In this document: positions 23,488 through 33,479 of the stretch, in pieces
Layout: every line of letters starts with the position of its first letter
Numbering within the stretch: the first letter of the stretch is position 1
NCBI GenBank assembly: GCA_963812015.1
Contig: CAWETI010000002.1
Span: 64,001-128,000 of the forward strand
Source: an uncultured delta proteobacterium
GTDB taxonomy: Bacteria > Desulfobacterota > Desulfobaccia > Desulfobaccales > 0-14-0-80-60-11
Length of the DNA stretch: 64,000 nucleotides
Direction of reading: 5' to 3'
Notes under the pieces: generated by a model
The model's database searches: none
Seen by the model: only the letters and a program-made list of their open reading frames with translations
What the model was told of the DNA's origin: nothing
Made by a program: the position numbers and the translations under genes

Positions 23488-24117
23488 CTACAACGGAAAA
23501 TCCCGCAACACCCGGAACAACTCCTCTGCGCCGCTCCCGAAGAAATGGTCGGCGCCCTGGATGACCTTGATCTCCACGAGAGGAGCGGGAGTCTCCCCGG
23601 GGGGCGGCGGGCTGGCCGCCAGGAGCTCCCGCAAGCTAGCGAGGGGACAGAGTTCGTCCCGGTCCCCCACCGCGATCAGTTTGAGCCCCGGCACTTGAGG
23701 CAGGAAGCTCAGGTCCATGAAGGCGATGGGGGGCGAAATGAAAATGGCCCCATCCACGTCCAGACCATCCAGCAACGCCCGGCCCGCCACAAAGGCCCCG
23801 AAAGAATAGCCTACCACGTAATAGGGGTTGCGGGTCCGGGACTTGAGAAGCGCCAGGGCCGCGGCCACGTCGCCGGCTTCCTCCAGGCCGCCGCCGTAGG
23901 TCCCGGTGCTGCGGCCCACCCCCCGGAAGTTGAAGCGCAGGGTGGACATGCCCCGGGCCGCCAGGGCCCGCGACGCGGTCAACACCACCTGGTTCGCCAT
24001 GTCGCCCCCGAACAGGGGATGGGGGTGGGTGATGATCGCCCCGCCGGGCGCCGCGACGATCGATAACCGGCCTTCCAGGGTGATACCCGGCCCCGGGATA
24101 CTGACGTTTTCTTCCAT
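23488..24117 (-). CDS. Alpha/beta-fold hydrolase
   Basis: HPHPLFGG, RFNFRGVGRS, GYSFG nucleophile elbow, GADHFF. Confidence 0.9.
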   Translation of the reverse strand: MEENVSIPGPGITLEGRLSIVAAPGGAIITHPHPLFGGDMANQVVLTASRALAARGMSTLRFNFRGVGRSTGTYGGGLEEAGDVAAALALLKSRTRNPYYVVGYSFGAFVAGRALLDGLDVDGAIFISPPIAFMDLSFLPQVPGLKLIAVGDRDELCPLASLRELLAASPPPPGETPAPLVEIKVIQGADHFFGSGAEELFRVLRDFPL

Positions 24118-24416
24118 AGCGCTCTCCCCGACGGGGTTGTTACCAGAATAAGACCTGAAAAATGCGTTTGGCATGAAGGGCGGGGGATTTTTTGTAAGTC
24201 ACTCCCCCTCTCCCAAAGGCTTTTTACCGACGTCTCCCTCTGGAATGAGAATGCTTTTTCATGATACCACAAGACCCTGGGAGAGTCAGGCGGGACCGGG
24301 CGCGTCAACCGCTTCACCAAAATGCCCTGGGTGATTTTTGATGGATTTGCCCCCCTGAGATGATATATGATGCAGAGGAACTGCCTCAACGGCACACGCT
24401 ACGCCAGAGCCTTATT

Positions 24417-25925
24417 ATGACAGAGAAAAAAATCGGTTTTGTGGGGACGGATGGGCGGACCTTGCTGGCCGCCCTGGAGACCAGCCGCTCCAAGAGCGAG
24501 CTTTATCCCGGGGCCTACCGCGGGGTCGTCGTCAAAGGCACCGGCGCCATGGAGCCCTTTGCCCAAAAGATGGGGTGGCCCATTGATTTTATTCCGGTGC
24601 CCGACAACTCGGCCCCGGCCTACGCCGCGGCCCTGATAAAAGCCTTTGCGGAAGAAACCCTGGATGTGGCCCTGGTCATGCCCGAGGGCTTGCTGTTTGA
24701 CGGCCTGGTGGACCGGGTCATTGAGGCCGGCTTCGGGGACCGCATCATCGGCCTCACCCACGCCGGGGCGGAGTATGAGGCCGACAAGATCGCCTGCAAG
24801 CGCTCCTGCGAGGAGGCGGGCATCCCGGTGGCCCCAGCCTGGACCGAAGTGGAGGCCCGGGATTATGCCGCGGTGTTAAAGACCTGCCTGGCTTACCTCC
24901 ACGAATTCGGCGGCGCCGTCCTCAAATATCCCTACAGCGCCGGCGGCAAGGGCGCCCGGATCATGCTCAACACCTGGGATGTCAAAGATGTTTACGACGT
25001 CTTGATGAAGGACTATAAGGATGCCTACATCCGGGGCTGCGGCAAAAAATCCCCCTGGCCCCTGCTCATCGAGGCCCGCATGTCCGGGGTGGAAATCAGT
25101 TTCACCATCCTGGTGGATAAAAACGGCAACTACCAAATCCTGCCCACCGCCATGGACTACCCGGAACGGTTTGAACGGCCCCCGGGCCTGGACAATCCCA
25201 TCACCGGCGGCATGGGGTCCATTTCGCCCCATCCCCTTGAGTCCCCGGCCTTGCTGGAGCTGGCCGATGCCACGATCGCTCAGCCCCTCATCCGGAGCCT
25301 GAAAGACAAGGGCGTGCTGCGCCCCGGGGTCCTCTATCCGGGCTGTTTCGTGTCCTTCGACGGCAATTTTCAGCCCCGGGCCATCCGGGTGTGCGAAATC
25401 AACATCCGCCCGGGAGAGCCGGAATTCCAGCCTGTGGTGAAAAGGCTGCGCAACCTGGGGGCACTGGTTGCGGCCATGGCCGCCGGCAACCTGGATGAGG
25501 TCGTCCCGGAAGTGCGCTCCGACCAAGTCTCCCTGTGCATCGGCCTGGTGACCGGCCCCGGCGGCCCCAAGCAGCAGAAAGGCTACCCCTGGTCCCTGAC
25601 CAAGGGCGAAGTGGTGGAGATGGACTTCGACTATTTCGACAAGAAGAAGATCACGGTGATCCCGTCCGCCATGGATTATGTCGATGGCGTGTTCAAGTCC
25701 GACGGCTCCCGGGTGGCCTATCTTTTGGCCAACGCCACCGTAAAAGCCGGTCAAACCGCAGGGCCGGCGGCCGAGGCCCTGCGCCAGAAACTGCTCAACG
25801 CCTTCGATAACGGCAAGATCCGGGTGATCCCCCGGGAGGATGACCAGGGCAACCGCCTGGCCCTGCGCCGGGATATCGGGGGGCACTATCAGAAGGCCGA
25901 AGCGCTGAAAAGCAGTAGTCAGTAG
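24417..25925 (+). CDS. purD: Divergent phosphoribosylamine--glycine ligase (ATP-grasp)
   Basis: EADKIACK..GIP, AGGKG, TGGMGS, EINIRPGEPE; atypical N-terminus; lies near purH. Confidence 0.75.
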   Translation: MTEKKIGFVGTDGRTLLAALETSRSKSELYPGAYRGVVVKGTGAMEPFAQKMGWPIDFIPVPDNSAPAYAAALIKAFAEETLDVALVMPEGLLFDGLVDRVIEAGFGDRIIGLTHAGAEYEADKIACKRSCEEAGIPVAPAWTEVEARDYAAVLKTCLAYLHEFGGAVLKYPYSAGGKGARIMLNTWDVKDVYDVLMKDYKDAYIRGCGKKSPWPLLIEARMSGVEISFTILVDKNGNYQILPTAMDYPERFERPPGLDNPITGGMGSISPHPLESPALLELADATIAQPLIRSLKDKGVLRPGVLYPGCFVSFDGNFQPRAIRVCEINIRPGEPEFQPVVKRLRNLGALVAAMAAGNLDEVVPEVRSDQVSLCIGLVTGPGGPKQQKGYPWSLTKGEVVEMDFDYFDKKKITVIPSAMDYVDGVFKSDGSRVAYLLANATVKAGQTAGPAAEALRQKLLNAFDNGKIRVIPREDDQGNRLALRRDIGGHYQKAEALKSSSQ

Positions 25926-25944
25926 TCAGTAGTCAGTGGTCAGT
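25913..25944 (+). repeat. Heptamer tandem repeat (CAGTAGT)n overlapping the purD stop
   Basis: cagtagt x3, cagtggt, cagt. Confidence 0.85.
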
Positions 25945-26108
25945 AAAAAAGGAAGTGGGCCGCAATCCCGCCATTAATGCGAAAGGCGGGATGCGCTTCG
26001 CTTTCCCGCCCTACGGTGCTCGTCTTTTCTAAATGGCACAGAGATAAATCATATTAATTTTAGTTTCCAGGCATTGAAATTGAATTGAATGTTTGGAGGA
26101 CTAATTTA

Positions 26109-27092
26109 ATGAGCATCGAAGATATCGTGAACGTATGCGTAACACTTAGAAATTTTTGATCGGATAGTGACTATCTCGATTTTAAAGACTTTTGGATAAA
26201 AAAGTTATCAGAAGATGACACGAAACAGTTATGCACTGACCTTAAATACTTCACAAATTATCCAAATGATAATCATATTGCAGTTAGGCGTTATTATATT
26301 GGCAGGGGCAAAAGCAGTACTGTCATACGTGATAACAGTTTTAGTTTTTTCTATCCTTTATTTAGATCAATGAAGCTATTCTTAACCGGAGACTTAATCA
26401 CACCGATAGCCTTCTATAGATGGAAGGGAAAATGGTATGAGGCAATATTACACGGAGAAAACTATGGCCTGGGTTATGATTTATCGGGCAAGCCATATAT
26501 TTTTAATGTTGATGATATTGAAGCATTTGATCTCTTTAGAAGCCAGATTAATAGATACTTGTCATTTATGAATTTTTATGATATTCCTTATCTTAAGAGG
26601 CAAAAAGCATTTAACAATATTGACTTACGGTGCTCATTGGCTATTCACTTATATTTAAAACGATCTATTGAAGATAATAATAGTTTTATAATATTTGACA
26701 AGTTGATTGATTATACTATTGCGCTAGAATCACTATATTTAAATGAAAAAGAAAAAGGGAAAGGGGAGAAATTATCCAGAAGGATATCTACCCTCTTAAG
26801 TAAAGATGATAGTGAAAAAGGACGAATTAATGAAGATATTAAGTATTTTTATGAGATCAGAGGTGACATAGTCCATGCATCACTTATTGATCAAAAAGGA
26901 GAGGACTTTCTTTCAAAAAATATCTGCAAATATGAAAACATATTGAGAAAATCTATTTTAGCTTTCTTAGATTTAAATCTAAGTTACAAGACTAAGAAAG
27001 ACGTATTAAGTCAGTTAGATCAAGCGATATCAAATCCTGAGATGAGGGAAAAAATTCATGATTCACTAGAAATATTAAAATTGGCAAGATAA
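26109..27092 (+). pseudogene. AT-rich HEPN-domain protein (Apea-like) with in-frame TGA at codon 17; an ORF also remains open from ATG 26370
   Basis: GGAGGA RBS plus ATG at 26109 in frame with 26370..27092; TGA at 26157-26159; IALESLY and RGDIVH (Rx4H) motifs. Confidence 0.7.
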
Positions 27093-27164
27093 GGTAGCAT
27101 TAGACAAAATGATGGAATGCGCGGGTCGCCGGGCAATAAGGGGCTTTTCCTGCCCCCTGCCTCT

Positions 27165-27530
27165 CTACTGCACCTGCTCCTCCCCCGCCTCCATCTGGAA
27201 TTTCAGGGCGGCGGACCGGTTGGTGCTGTCGATGTAACGGTTCCAGATATCCCTGAGGTCCTGGATGGCCCGTTTGACGTCGGGCTCGATCCCCGCGGCC
27301 CGCAATTGCCCCAGACCGTAATAGAGTTCGTTGAGCAGCCGAATCTGGGTAATGCTCACCACCTGCTCCATGGCGTCCTCGCCTAGAGCATTCAGGTCCA
27401 GCTTTTCCAGTTCCTCCAACTCCCGGAGGATTTCCAGGGCGATGCCGGTGAGCAGGTCCTGGTAGTAATGGGGGCCGCTCAGGTCGATCCGGCGGCCCCG
27501 GCTCATGGTGATGGTGGGGGGTGCGCCCAT
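27165..27530 (-). CDS. Hypothetical helical protein abutting purH
   Basis: Start immediately follows the purH stop (TAA ATG); host-like codon usage. Confidence 0.7.
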   Translation of the reverse strand: MGAPPTITMSRGRRIDLSGPHYYQDLLTGIALEILRELEELEKLDLNALGEDAMEQVVSITQIRLLNELYYGLGQLRAAGIEPDVKRAIQDLRDIWNRYIDSTNRSAALKFQMEAGEEQVQ

Positions 27531-28133
27531 TTAGCAGGCCGGCCCCTTTTCCGTCAGGTAGCGGTAGATGGCCCCGTCGTATTCGTGGGTCAGCTTGAAG
27601 ACCTTTTTGGCCAGGTTGAACCGGGTGGCGACGTTGGTGGCGCCCTTGCTCAGCTTCATTTCGGCCATGATATGGGGATAGTCCGCCGGGTCCACCACCA
27701 CAGTCACGGCCTGGTAGTTCTTGGCCGAGGCCCGGAGCAGGGTGGGGCCGCCGATGTCGATGTTCTCGATGGCGTCCTCCAGGGTGCAGCCGGGCTTGGC
27801 CACGGCCTGCTCAAACTGGTAGAGGTTGACCACCACCAGGTCGATGGGGACAATCCCCTGGGCGGCCATCTGCTCCTGGTGGCTGGCCAGGTCCCGGCGC
27901 CCCAGGATGCCGCCGTGGATCTTGGGGTGCAGGGTCTTGACCCGGCCATCCAACATTTCAGGAAAGCCGGTGAACTCGGAGACCTCCACCACGGGGACGC
28001 CGTTGTCCCGCAGGAGCTTGGCGGTGCCCCCGGTGGACAGGATTTCGATCTTATAGCCCGCCAGAAATTTGGCGAACTCCACCAAACCGCTCTTATCGGT
28101 GACGCTCATCAAGGCCCGGGATATGGGCTTCAT
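27531..28133 (-). CDS. purH: PurH IMP cyclohydrolase (MGS-like) domain only
   Basis: [32 protein letters not shown]; ends at 200 aa with no transformylase domain. Confidence 0.9.
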   Translation of the reverse strand: MKPISRALMSVTDKSGLVEFAKFLAGYKIEILSTGGTAKLLRDNGVPVVEVSEFTGFPEMLDGRVKTLHPKIHGGILGRRDLASHQEQMAAQGIVPIDLVVVNLYQFEQAVAKPGCTLEDAIENIDIGGPTLLRASAKNYQAVTVVVDPADYPHIMAEMKLSKGATNVATRFNLAKKVFKLTHEYDGAIYRYLTEKGPAC

Positions 28134-28239
28134 GTTATACCTCCATAAATATTAAAATTAGGCGATTATGCACTTGACAAAGTGATTGTCTGGTGTTATC
28201 GTCGATACATTATAGAGGCTCTGGGTTTGGAGAGCATCT

Positions 28240-29157
28240 ATGTATACTGCATTTGAGGAAAATTTCTCTAAACTTGATCTGTACAATATCAGAGAAAAGG
28301 CAGAGAATAAATTCAAAAAATTTGCTTCCCTTTTTCGAGAAAGGCTCTTTATGAACTTGATCTGCTTTTCCGATGAAAGCGGTACTCATGATACCCTTGG
28401 TCTTCAAAAAGGATCAGAGGTTGCAGCGGTAGTGGGATATTTGTCATGGGACACCAGGTGGAAAACATTTTGTGGACAATGGCAAGAGGTTCTATGTCGT
28501 TACGAGGTTCCCGATTTTCATTATTCGGAGTTTATGAATGATGAAAATGGCCCCAAAGACCCAAACTGGCCTTATCATGGTTGGTCAAGAGAAAAACGCG
28601 ATAGGTTTATTCGAGAATTAATTCCGATTGCAAGGAATAATACAATAATGGGAATTGGTGGTCTTGTAAGCGTGCAAGACTATAATGATATTATTCCTGA
28701 TAGTGCAAAATATGACCACCCCTATCATTTTTGTTTTGATCTTTTCTTTGGAGCAATGCGCCTTTTTTTAAGAACTGCTTCAAATTGGGGGTACACTTCT
28801 CCTTTTGCTCCAGGCGAAAAAGTGGCCTTCTTTTTCGACAGACAAGATCAATTTAAACATAAAGCGTTAGAGCAATACGATCATGCCGTCACTCATGATG
28901 ATGATAGCCGGTGGGGAAGTATAACTTTTGCAAACAGAAAGGAAGATTGTTTACCATTGCAGGCAGCCGACCTTTTGGTGGGTAGAACTAGGCTTATTTG
29001 CACTCGAATATTTAAAGGAATAGAGCCGGTAAATGCAAATAGCTGGGACGAAGATTTAGGAACAAGGGGAAATATATTGGCACTGTATTATGATGCTGAA
29101 AGCCTAAAAAATCTTGTGCATCGTGTTGAAGTAAAGGCGAAGATTTATAGCGAATAA
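28240..29157 (+). CDS. DUF3800-family protein (cargo)
   Basis: N-terminal FSDESG, FHYSE, C-terminal PLQAADLL. Confidence 0.8.
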   Translation: MYTAFEENFSKLDLYNIREKAENKFKKFASLFRERLFMNLICFSDESGTHDTLGLQKGSEVAAVVGYLSWDTRWKTFCGQWQEVLCRYEVPDFHYSEFMNDENGPKDPNWPYHGWSREKRDRFIRELIPIARNNTIMGIGGLVSVQDYNDIIPDSAKYDHPYHFCFDLFFGAMRLFLRTASNWGYTSPFAPGEKVAFFFDRQDQFKHKALEQYDHAVTHDDDSRWGSITFANRKEDCLPLQAADLLVGRTRLICTRIFKGIEPVNANSWDEDLGTRGNILALYYDAESLKNLVHRVEVKAKIYSE

Positions 29158-29170
29158 GGGGAAATGAGCA

Positions 29171-29674
29171 GTGTTTCATATACTTACAGAGTATGAGCGT
29201 GGGCGAGCGCAAATTGCGATTGAATGGGTTGCAAGGTCGCAAAAACCTATTGTTGAAATAGGTGGACGTTCCTTAAAAAATTGTGATCTAAATGCCTTGG
29301 CGGAAGACCTCAATCTCTGTATTGCTCAAAGCGGTGAAGTTGTTCTGGGTTTTGTGATTCCATTTGGGATAACAGATTATTGCTGTTATGGTTTCTATCG
29401 CGAGCGGTGGGCAATAAAAGCCCTGCTATCTGTGCAAGATAATGAATCATTGTCGTTAAATCCTCAAAATAGGGCATGGGTACAGGGCCTATTATTTGGT
29501 TATAGCCCTGATGCTATACAGCGTTTTATTTCTTCGTCGTCTCTAATACAAGAGTCCACGGAACCTTCTCTTTGCATCGTGGGCAATGTGGAAATATTTC
29601 ATATTTCTTCAACTCTATTTCGGCCCCACAGTGATGGCAACGATAAAAGCCTTGGATTGCAACAGGCAGATTAG
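29171..29674 (+). CDS. Hypothetical protein (cargo)
   Basis: 167-aa AT-rich ORF directly after DUF3800; GLLFGYS motif. Confidence 0.6.
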   Translation: MFHILTEYERGRAQIAIEWVARSQKPIVEIGGRSLKNCDLNALAEDLNLCIAQSGEVVLGFVIPFGITDYCCYGFYRERWAIKALLSVQDNESLSLNPQNRAWVQGLLFGYSPDAIQRFISSSSLIQESTEPSLCIVGNVEIFHISSTLFRPHSDGNDKSLGLQQAD

Positions 29675-29721
29675 TTAAAGTCATGGGGTTTTCCCCTTAT
29701 AGAAAATGGTTTGCTTTACTC

Positions 29722-30606
29722 TTAGAAACTCGTTTTTAAGACCTCATCCAGCATATTGAATTGTTCACGGTTGTTGAACCGAAAAGCAAACTCATTGAGG
29801 TACAGGGGCAGATATTTGGCAGATACCTTATGGAAAACGCCGGTGATAGCTCTCTTGAACAAGGACCATACATTTTCAATGCCGTTAGTGTGGATATTTC
29901 CGGCCTTGACATAGGATTTCTGATGATTGACGGCGTTATGCACGAACTCAGAGGCATCAAGCCACAAATAGGCGGGGAACTCATCAGTATGAATCTCGGC
30001 CCCAGGCAAGGCATGTTTGCGAATGAACCCTCTCAAGGTGCTGGCCTTAGCGTTCTTAACCGCTTTCAGGAGGATTTTGCCTGATGTCCGCTCTTTTATC
30101 CCTACTACGGGAGTTTTATTGGCGGCTCCGCGCCCGCGTGGACCTTTTCTTCTGCCACCTACATAAGTCTCGTCAACTTCGCAAATCCCGGCGAACTTCG
30201 CGCAAAACTCCTCATCCTCTGACATAGCGAGACGAATCCGATGAGCCATATACCAAGCAGTGCGATAACTCCCGATAGCAAGCTCTCTTTGAAGTTGAAG
30301 GGAGGAAACGCCTTTCTTGGCAGAGCAAACCAGGTAAATGGCCAGAAACCATTTAGTCAAAGGCAAATGGGAATTGTGAAAGACGGTCCCGGCAGTAACC
30401 GAGTATTGATAATGACAGTCTTTGCACTCGTAAAGGTGGCGCATCTTCTTGGTTTTCCCCAAAGCATTAAATTTCATCACTCGGGGACTTCCGCACTTGA
30501 TACAGGTAGGGCCATTAGGCCAGCGAATGCGCTCAAAGTGCCCAATGCACTTTTCTTCGGTGTCGAAGCGTTTGACAACCTCGAAAATAGAAGGGGGCTT
30601 GTCCAT
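29722..30606 (-). CDS. IS1595-family DDE transposase
   Basis: RWPNGPTCIKC..CKDC zinc ribbon, EVDETYVGG, IHTDE, HTNGIENVWS, YLNEFAFRFN. Confidence 0.95.
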   Translation of the reverse strand: MDKPPSIFEVVKRFDTEEKCIGHFERIRWPNGPTCIKCGSPRVMKFNALGKTKKMRHLYECKDCHYQYSVTAGTVFHNSHLPLTKWFLAIYLVCSAKKGVSSLQLQRELAIGSYRTAWYMAHRIRLAMSEDEEFCAKFAGICEVDETYVGGRRKGPRGRGAANKTPVVGIKERTSGKILLKAVKNAKASTLRGFIRKHALPGAEIHTDEFPAYLWLDASEFVHNAVNHQKSYVKAGNIHTNGIENVWSLFKRAITGVFHKVSAKYLPLYLNEFAFRFNNREQFNMLDEVLKTSF

Positions 30607-31359
30607 GACTGATCTCCCTGTATCTGTGAATCGAAAATTATTCGTGGGGATTGACCCCGGTCAAACTGGCGGCTTGGGTGTCGTAGATCAGGAAGGGCGG
30701 TTTGTTGCCGCTTACCGATGGGATAAACGAGAACCCAGGCGCATGTACCAGATATTAGAGACTTTAGCTAAAGGTAGCACAGAAGAAAAACTTTGTCAAG
30801 TGCATAATCGCCTAAAATTATTCTGGCCATCACTAGCTGATTAATCTTGTAGGGGCGGTTCGGGAACCGCCCCCATCAGGATGCCCTTTATTTTAACCCT
30901 CGAATTGCAGCAAAACTACTATAGCTCCGGAATTTATGCAAGGTCGGAAGCTCCCTGCCATTGTTCTTTTCAGAAGGGCGCGATCCGCGGTAAGATGAAC
31001 AATGCGCTACGTGATTATCGGGGCCAGCGCCCGGGCCTTCTTGGCCTCGCGCCCCGCCCCGGAAGACGCCGCTACCGCCACCCCGCCCACGATCCGCCTC
31101 TGGCGGCAGCTGGGACAATAAATTATGAGGGGAGGGCCGGGGGAAGTCTTTGTAAGGGATTCCCCCGCCCTCTTCTCAAGCTCCTTTCCCAGCCGTCTGT
31201 AGGGGCGGACCCATGTGTCCGCCCGCAATTAAGGGCGTACACGCGGGTGCGCCCCTACAAAAAAGCTATATGGGGTTGGGGGAGGGGGTTTCAGGGGGAG
31301 GGCGGCAGGGGCCCTTATGGAAAAGCCCCTGGCCCCCTCCCCCTGAAAAATTCCAGCAT

Positions 31360-31803
31360 TTACCCCAAGAAAATCCGCAGGGCTTCCTGTTTCAGCCGCC
31401 GGAGTTCTTCTTCGGCCTGGCGCAGCTGTTTCTGATGGATGGCGTGCCGGATCTTTCGGGCGATTTCGTCCAGGCTGAGGGGCTTGTAGACGATGTCCAC
31501 CTGCTCCAGGTAAAAGAGCTGATGGGCTTGGGTCCGTTGTTGCAGCATGACGATGAAGCGGGTGGCGGGATAGCGGAGACGGGTGTTTTCCAGGAGCTGC
31601 TGATAATTAGGCTGGCGGTGGTCGGTAATGACCAGGTCGAAGGGGTTTTCTTCCAGGGCGGCCAGGGCTTCGGCCACCGTGTTCACCAACGTGCATTCCT
31701 CAAAACCCAGGAGCTTGATCACCGAAGCTAAAAACGCCCGGCACCATTCCTCCTGATCCACCACCAAGATACGCGCCTGGTTAGCCCTTTCCTGGTCTTG
31801 CAT
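31360..31803 (-). CDS. Atypical response-regulator receiver protein
   Basis: ILVVD..FDLVITD..KP receiver pattern plus C-terminal coiled coil. Confidence 0.75.
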   Translation of the reverse strand: MQDQERANQARILVVDQEEWCRAFLASVIKLLGFEECTLVNTVAEALAALEENPFDLVITDHRQPNYQQLLENTRLRYPATRFIVMLQQRTQAHQLFYLEQVDIVYKPLSLDEIARKIRHAIHQKQLRQAEEELRRLKQEALRIFLG

Positions 31804-31969
31804 GGGGAGGTCTCCTCACAAGAGCACTGTCTAACTTTACTCGCGAATGAACCCGGCTGCAAGACCTGCCGGGATTTTTCCAGGGGCGGGGCGCCGGAGA
31901 GCGCCCGCCACAGTCCAGGCAGGAGAGGGGGTGCGCCTCGGATCGTGAGGCTTGGCGTCCTCCCGGGGG

Positions 31970-33328
31970 CTAAGCCGGGAGAGCGATTTCTTCTTGAGGG
32001 TTGATGGGGCTCAGGATCAGGCCGGTCATCACCTTGGGGTAGAAGTAGGTGGATTTGCGCGGCATGACCAAGCCGGCGGTCGCCACTTCCTGCACCTGCT
32101 CAATGCGGGTGGGGTTCAGCAGAAACGCCAGGCGGGCTTCTCCCCGGCTCACTGCCTCCACCGCTTCGCTGATCTTGCTGGTGTACTTGCAGGTTTCCGA
32201 GTCATCCTGGGCCTGGGCGTCGAGCCCCAGAACCTTCTCAAAAATCAGATAGTTCAAAACCGCCACATCCAATTGGGCCAGGGCCGGGTGCATCTGCCGG
32301 GCCAGCACCGTTTGCCGCACCCCCGGGCGCATGATCAGGCGCCAGGCCTTGCGCCCGAACCCCAGGACCACAAAGGCGGTCTCCCCCGCCGGGACCTCCG
32401 CCAGGGTTTGCTGGAGAAAGTCTTCGTAGGCCTCGCCAAATTCGTGGGCCGCCGGCAGCGAGACGATATCGAAATATTCCTTGAGGCGCCCCATGACCCA
32501 GGCCTCTTCCAGGTGTTTCAGCCGGGGGCCCCCCAACAGGCGGTGGGCCATCAGAATGAGCAAGTCCGGGTCGAACATATTGGACAGGTACATGAGGGTA
32601 TAATTGAACGGCGCTTCCGGCGACGCCTTGGGATAGCGTTGTTTCATCAACTTCTGGAAGTTCAGGGAAGTTTCATAACGGTGGTGCCCGTCGGCGATGA
32701 ACAGGGGCATCTCCAAAAAGGCCCGGTGCACCGCCTTGACCGCCTCGGCATCGGTGACCCGGTAGAGGCGCTGAACGTAGCCCAGGACGTCTTTTAAGGC
32801 CATCATGGGGGCGTCGGGCCGGGCGCCCTTCAGCAGGCTTATCACCTGGCCGGCGGGGTCGGGATAGAGGGAAAAGATGGGGGAGAAGTTGGCCTGGGAG
32901 GCCTTGAACAACTCCAGGCGGTCGGCCTTGGCCGCGGAAAAGGTCTGCTCGTGAGGCCGGATGCCGCCCCCGCTCAAAGATTCCAGGCGCACCAGGGCCG
33001 CCAGCCCGGACCGGGTCCAGGTGCGTCCGGCATGGACAAATTCGGTTTCCCAGGAGTAGAACGCCGGCACCGGGTCCCGCACCAGCACCTCTTCTTTTTC
33101 CCATTGGCGGAAGAGGGTCCCCGCCCGGGTGTAGCGGTTGGCGAGCCGGTCGTCCCCAGGCTGGGGCTGGGGCAGGATCAGGTGGACCATATTATAGGGA
33201 TGGCCGCTGGCAAAGGCCTGGCGCTCCTCCGGCCGGATGACATCATAGGGCGGCGTGACCACCTTGGTGAGATCGGGGACTTTGGCAGGATTATAATGCA
33301 GCCCCCTGAAAGGGGCGATGATGGCCAA
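31970..33328 (-). CDS. DUF1015-family protein
   Basis: PPYDVI, RPHEQT, IADGHHRYET, MPRKSTYFYPK; TTG start after AGGAGGAGG. Confidence 0.9.
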   Translation of the reverse strand: MAIIAPFRGLHYNPAKVPDLTKVVTPPYDVIRPEERQAFASGHPYNMVHLILPQPQPGDDRLANRYTRAGTLFRQWEKEEVLVRDPVPAFYSWETEFVHAGRTWTRSGLAALVRLESLSGGGIRPHEQTFSAAKADRLELFKASQANFSPIFSLYPDPAGQVISLLKGARPDAPMMALKDVLGYVQRLYRVTDAEAVKAVHRAFLEMPLFIADGHHRYETSLNFQKLMKQRYPKASPEAPFNYTLMYLSNMFDPDLLILMAHRLLGGPRLKHLEEAWVMGRLKEYFDIVSLPAAHEFGEAYEDFLQQTLAEVPAGETAFVVLGFGRKAWRLIMRPGVRQTVLARQMHPALAQLDVAVLNYLIFEKVLGLDAQAQDDSETCKYTSKISEAVEAVSRGEARLAFLLNPTRIEQVQEVATAGLVMPRKSTYFYPKVMTGLILSPINPQEEIALPA

Positions 33329-33450
33329 CTTGTCGGTCCTCCTCCTGACGAAATACCTTTTTAAATTTACCATCGATCTGCTGAGCGTCAATAGTTATTG
33401 GCATAATATCCGGTTCTGAATTTATCCGCGCCCCAAAACCTAAAAAATTA

Positions 33451-33479
33451 TTGACCGGCGATAATGCGCAAGTTATATT
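33451..33479 (+). promoter_or_regulatory. Putative sigma70 promoter for speD-corC
   Basis: TTGACC-17 nt-TATATT. Confidence 0.5.

Larger units (their letters stand above)
28161..30812. mobile_element. IS1595-family element with passenger genes, 2652 bp
   Basis: Perfect 23-bp TIRs GGCGATTATGCACTTGACAAAGT (28161-28183; reverse complement at 30790-30812); 8-bp TSD TAAAATTA at 28153-28160 and 30813-30820. Confidence 0.95.

Noticed and set aside
30605..30844. TnpB/IscB-type RNA-guided nuclease within the IS
   Set aside because: Only one RuvC-I-like motif in 79 aa; the remaining catalytic motifs are absent
31002..31121. 39-aa ORF starting MRYVIIGAS, like an FAD-oxidoreductase N-terminus
   Set aside because: Similarity is limited to about 9 residues; at most a tiny remnant
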